DNA of 64,000 nt. Source: Paraspadella gotoi (Eukaryota > Animalia > Chaetognatha). The notes under the pieces were generated by a model. It saw only the letters and a list, made by a program, of their open reading frames with translations. It was not told where the DNA came from and did no database searches. The stretch spans positions 15,573,918 to 15,637,917 of the forward strand of contig CM119269.1 of the NCBI GenBank assembly GCA_051294375.1, written 5' to 3'. The position numbers were made by a program, and so were the translations under genes. Positions 59,191 to 64,000 of this stretch are shown here, piece after piece; position 1 is the first letter of the stretch; each line of letters begins with the position of its first letter.

Positions 59191-61099
59191 TTCACTCATA
59201 CACGCATTTGTTTGTTTTATTTACGATGAATGATTCATCGCGTCATGAATACTATCATCGCATCAATGAATGACTATCATCGTATCAATGAATGATATCA
59301 TCATATCAATGAATGACTATCATCGCAAAAATCATTTGATTATCATCAAACAGTCAGTCATTTTGTTATCATCGCATCAATATTGGTTATCATCGCATCA
59401 ATATTTGGTTACATCGAAAGCGGCTCGATCCTATTGCTTTTAAGATTTTCATAATAATTTTATTTTAAAAAAAAAACGGTAAGTCACAGCCAAACCTATA
59501 AAAGCGTAGTAGTTTTTATATAATGAAAACAGCGTGACGGACGACGACACGACGCGAGACGACCGACGACGACTACGTCACAAAGAAGCAACCCTAAAAC
59601 ATTATAGAGGCCCTGACCCGGCTTTCGCCGTTCAGTCTCGAGTAAAAAACATTTTTTTATGGGGGGACATCGTCTGGCGCTCACATCTCTTGCAGTCAAG
59701 GTATTCTGGTCGGCCGCAGCCACGCTTCTCGTACACAACTCATAACAGTGTGTCCCAAATGGCACTGTCTGTTAAGAAAAGCTTTACTGCTCTTTTAATC
59801 ATTATTATAATGAATATGGCGCAAGTATGGACCATTTTATAGGATACCTAAAATTTAAAAAATAGAACGAAGAAAAACTCCTTAGTTATTACATAAAGCA
59901 ATTGATAAAAAAAAAATTAGGATTTTCAAAAAAAAAATTTAAATTATATATTTTAACATTTATTCAAATATTTTTTGATGCGAAATCCTTTCTTTTTTCG
60001 TTATTTATTGGCATTAGAGAAAGCAGGAATTTTTGTATTTTTAACAACGATTTTAATTAATAGTTGGACATGTTTCGGCTTGTTTACTTCAAGCCTTCAT
60101 CAGCATATGCTTGATGAAGGCTTGAAGTAAACAAGCCGAAACATGTCCAACCTATTAATNNNNNNNNNNNNNNNNNNNNNNNNNNNNNNNNNNNNNNNNN
60201 NNNNNNNNNNNNNNNNNNNNNNNNNNNNNNNNNNNNNNNNNNNNNNNNNNNNNNNNNNNNNNNNNNNNNNNNNNNNNNNNNNNNNNNNNNNNNNNNNNNN
60301 NNNNNNNNNNNNNNNNNNNNNNNNNNNNNNNNNNNNNNNNNNNNNNNNNNNNNNNNNNNNNNNNNNNNNNNNNNNNNNNNNNNNNNNNNNNNNNNNNNNN
60401 NNNNNNNNNNNNNNNNNNNNNNNNNNNNNNNNNNNNNNNNNNNNNNNNNNNNNNNNNNNNNNNNNNNNNNNNNNNNNNNNNNNNNNNNNNNNNNNNNNNN
60501 NNNNNNNNNNNNNNNNNNNNNNNNNNNNNNNNNNNNNNNNNNNNNNNNNNNNNNNNNNNNNNNNNNNNNNNNNNNNNNNNNNNNNNNNNNNNNNNNNNNN
60601 NNNNNNNNNNNNNNNNNNNNNNNNNNNCGATAGTAACCAAATATTGATGCGATGATAACCAAATATTGATGCGATGATAACCAAATATTGACGCGATGAT
60701 AACCAATAATTGATGCGATGATAACAAAATGACTGATGTGATGATAATCAAATGATTGATGCGATGATAGTCATTCATTGATATGATGATAATCATTCAT
60801 TGATACGATGATAGTCATTCATTGATGCGATGATAGTGATTCATTGACGCGCTGAATCATTCATCGTAAATAAAACAAACAAATGCGTGTATGAGTGAAA
60901 GAGAGAGAGAGAGAGAGAAGAGAGAGAGAGGCTGGACAGTTTTCCCGCCAAGAAACGCATTATTAGGTCTCTCTCGTTTATATAAAGAATAATCAGAATT
61001 TTTAGAAAAAAAATCCACGAAAATCTCGGATGTAAATTTGTGATTTTGCATTGAGAAAAAAGCGCGGAATAAATGGCGATAATAAAAGTTTTTAGAAGG

Positions 61100-61178
<79 letters not shown>

Positions 61179-61526
61179 GAGGAGGAGAGTGAGAAAGAGA
61201 GAGAGAGAGAGAGAGTTTTCCCACCAACGAGACGCATTATTAGGTCACTCTCGTTTATATCGGTTATCCGTTGCCTCGCAACGGCGTCGTGAAATTGGGT
61301 CTATGTTGATTTTTTTTATACACGTAACGCGTTATTAGGTCATGTTCCTCGACATTGTTTACTTGTTGCTCTCCGCAACGACCACGAAATCTAGGTTAAG
61401 TAAGTTATTGTATTTTGGGATTTTGTATTGAGATAAAATAATAAATGGCGATAATAAAAGTTTTTAGAAGGAAAAAAATCCACGAAAATCTCGGAATAAA
61501 TGGCGATAATAAAAGTTTTTAGAAGG

Positions 61527-61579
<53 letters not shown>

Positions 61580-63625
61580 TAGAGAGAAAAAGATTGTTCT
61601 TTTTTTAGGAAGAAACCAGACCGAGGTCAAATTTAATATTTGCTATATTAATTAATTTATAAATAGTTATCACAACTCAAATAATTATTATTTAAAAAAA
61701 AGTTAAAAATGATTAAATATATACACTAAAAATATTTAATTTAATAAAGTACAAATTATCAGAAATAAAAAAAAAGTAATGTTTAATTTGACTATATCTC
61801 TCTTATCAACTCCTATTTTAGATATAATTTGCCAATAGTGGGCCAACCGGTCCAAAGTTGCAATAATAAATAAAAACAAAATTTTTTTTTATAATGTGAT
61901 GTATGCAATTATATTATTCGGCGAAAGTGCTGCTTATATAATAGGTCACATTAGCTGATTTATATGTGATAATGCATATCATTATAAGTTATTCTTCATT
62001 TTTTTAAAAAAATAATAAGAGAGGAGAGGAGAGAGAGAGAGAGAGAGAGAAAGAAAAGAAAAACCGAATTTCTTTCCAATTATATCTCAGATATAAATTT
62101 GGGATTTTGTATTGAAAAAAAAAGCGCGGAATAAATGGCGATAATAAAAGTTTTGAGAAGGAAAAAAATAATCAGAATTTTTCAAAAAACGAACGATCGT
62201 ACAGAGTGAGAGAGACAGAAAGACAGAAAGAGAGAGAAAGAGAGACAGAAAGAGAAAAAGAGAGACAAAGAGACAGAAAGAAAGAGAAAGCTGGAAGCCA
62301 GCTGAACAGTCACTGCAGAACCTGAACTCGTTTTTTAAGGGTTCAGAAAAAGCAGCAACTGCCAAATATAAGAATTTTTTTTTTTTTTTTTTAAAACAAA
62401 GGAACTGAAGCCAAATATAAGAAAGAAAATCTATATATAATTTAAAGAAATAAAAGAAAGGCAAAAATATGTTACAATTGTTTACAATTGGAAATTTTTC
62501 CAATTTTTTCCAATCGCAGCTTGTAAAAGATTTAATTTATATTTGTATTAAAATTAAGATATAGCTTCTCATTAAAAAAATCCTTTGAGTTCCCATTTTT
62601 ATTAAAAATTTAAAACAAATTTTTTGAATTTCATCTTCAATATTATATACTGCAATATGTAAATTAGATTAAAGCATTTCTATATACTAATTTGGATATT
62701 ATAAGGAGTACTTTAATCTCATTTGCATATTGCAGTAAATCATAATGAAGTGGAAATTCAAACAAAAAATACTTAAATCCAAATGTAATATGAAAATATC
62801 ACAGCTATTTCAAGATGAAAAGCCATATCTAAATTTTCTAACTTACTATGATCGCACACTTTTGTAAAACTTTATCATAATTATCGAGCCATGACCGGCG
62901 AAGCCGGTTCAGGCTCTATAATGTTTTAGGTTTGCTTCTTTGTGAGTAGTCGTCGTCGTCGTCGTCGTCGTCGGCGTCACGCTGTTTTTATATAAAAACT
63001 ACTACGCTTTTATAGGTTTGGCTGTAACTTACCGTTTTTTTTAAATAAAACTTATTATGAATTATGATAAAGTTTTACAAAAGTGTGCGATCAAAGTAAG
63101 TTAAAAATTTAGATATGGCTTTTCATCTTGAAATAGCTGTGATATTTTCATATTACATTTGGATTTAAGTATTTTTTGTTTGAATTTCCACTTCATTATG
63201 ATTTACTGCAATATGCAAATGAGATTAAAGTACTCATTATAACATCCAAATTAGTATATAGAAATGCTTTAATCTAATTTACATATTGCAGTATATAATA
63301 TTGAAGATGAAATTCAAAAAAATTTTTTAAAATATAATAAAAATGGGAACTCAAATTATCTTTTTAATGAGAAGCTATATCTTAATTTTAATACAAATAA
63401 AAATAAATCTTTTACAAGCTGCGATTGGAAAAAATTGGAAAAATTTCCAATTGTAAACAATTGTAACATATTTTTGCCTTTCTTTTATTTCTTTAAATTA
63501 CATATATAATTTTTCTTTTTTAGAGAAAACGAGTTCAGTCTCTGCAATGACTGTACAGCGGCCCTCCAGCAGCTGTCCAGCTTTGTTTCTCTCTGTCTGT
63601 CTCTCTCTGTGTCTCTCTCTGTGAC

Positions 63626-63656
<31 letters not shown>

Positions 63657-64000
63657 GTGTGTACGATTTTTGCGTGATCGTTCGTTTTTTGAAAAAATTC
63701 TGATTATTTTTTTCCTTCTAAAAACTTTTATTATCACCATTATCCCAAATTTACATCCGAGATTTTCGTGGATTTATTTTAGAAAAAGTGAAGAATAACT
63801 CATACGTCAGAAATTTTACGCTTCTCTCCATTTCTCTCCGTCTCTAACATGATTGTTATTAAAGAAAAAAATATATAATAAGCAAATAGCATTTTAATAC
63901 AGATTTACATTGCCAGAGGAAATCTTTTCATACTCTGTCCAATGTTGTTGAGCGAAAAACCTTAAATTTTTTTCAACATTTGAATATGCCGGATTGTATG
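56727..64000. repeat. Complex cluster of Helentron/HINE-like repeats with direct and inverted duplications
   Basis: A module (hairpin gagcc..ccggcgaagccgg..ggctc plus a (gtc)n tract) occurs at ~56845, ~59640 (inverted) and ~62883. 56727-57960 recurs at ~62765-64000. The motif ttctaaaaacttttattatcgccatttattccg recurs on both strands. 22-bp atcatcgcatcaat arrays lie at 59255-59410 and, inverted, at 60628-60860. Confidence 0.75.
60064..60105 (-). ncRNA. Minimal type I hammerhead ribozyme core (Penelope-type); inverted partner at 60110-60148 (+)
   Basis: The minus strand reads CTGATGA-A-GGCTTG-aagtaaa-CAAGCC-GAAA-CATG-TC, i.e. canonical core, helix II and palindromic helix III. Helix I is weak. 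Confidence 0.65.

Noticed and set aside
60084-60796. Long ORFs containing X runs
   Set aside because: They span the N gap 60160-60627.

Overview
AT-rich animal (invertebrate-like) genomic scaffold with many (GA)n/(GAC)n microsatellites, short introns and four N-gaps. I reconstructed four protein-coding genes by hand. (1) An intronless multipass membrane protein (319-2166 +), possibly a divergent GR-like/7TM ion channel. (2) A 10-exon non-alpha nicotinic acetylcholine receptor subunit (2728-8956 -). (3) A 13-exon EAAT2-like glutamate transporter (~12151-40894 -). (4) A 5-exon, 397-aa membrane-anchored EGFR-ligand-like gene (32420-34984 +), nested antisense in EAAT intron 10 and fragmented in the ORF track. 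It has a Spitz/Keren-like Cys after an internal signal-like segment, an EGF module with an extended loop, a TM helix and a C-terminal SRV. Two further copies of this gene (14.3-21.8 kb and 22.2-29.3 kb) are identical to each other, insertion-rich and bounded by 25-N gaps, and look like mis-oriented long-read gap fills. Non-coding DNA holds nested transposons, Helentron/HINE-like repeats, a tRNA-derived repeat and three palindromes with Penelope-type minimal hammerhead ribozyme cores. All calls come from manual reading; no database searches were run.
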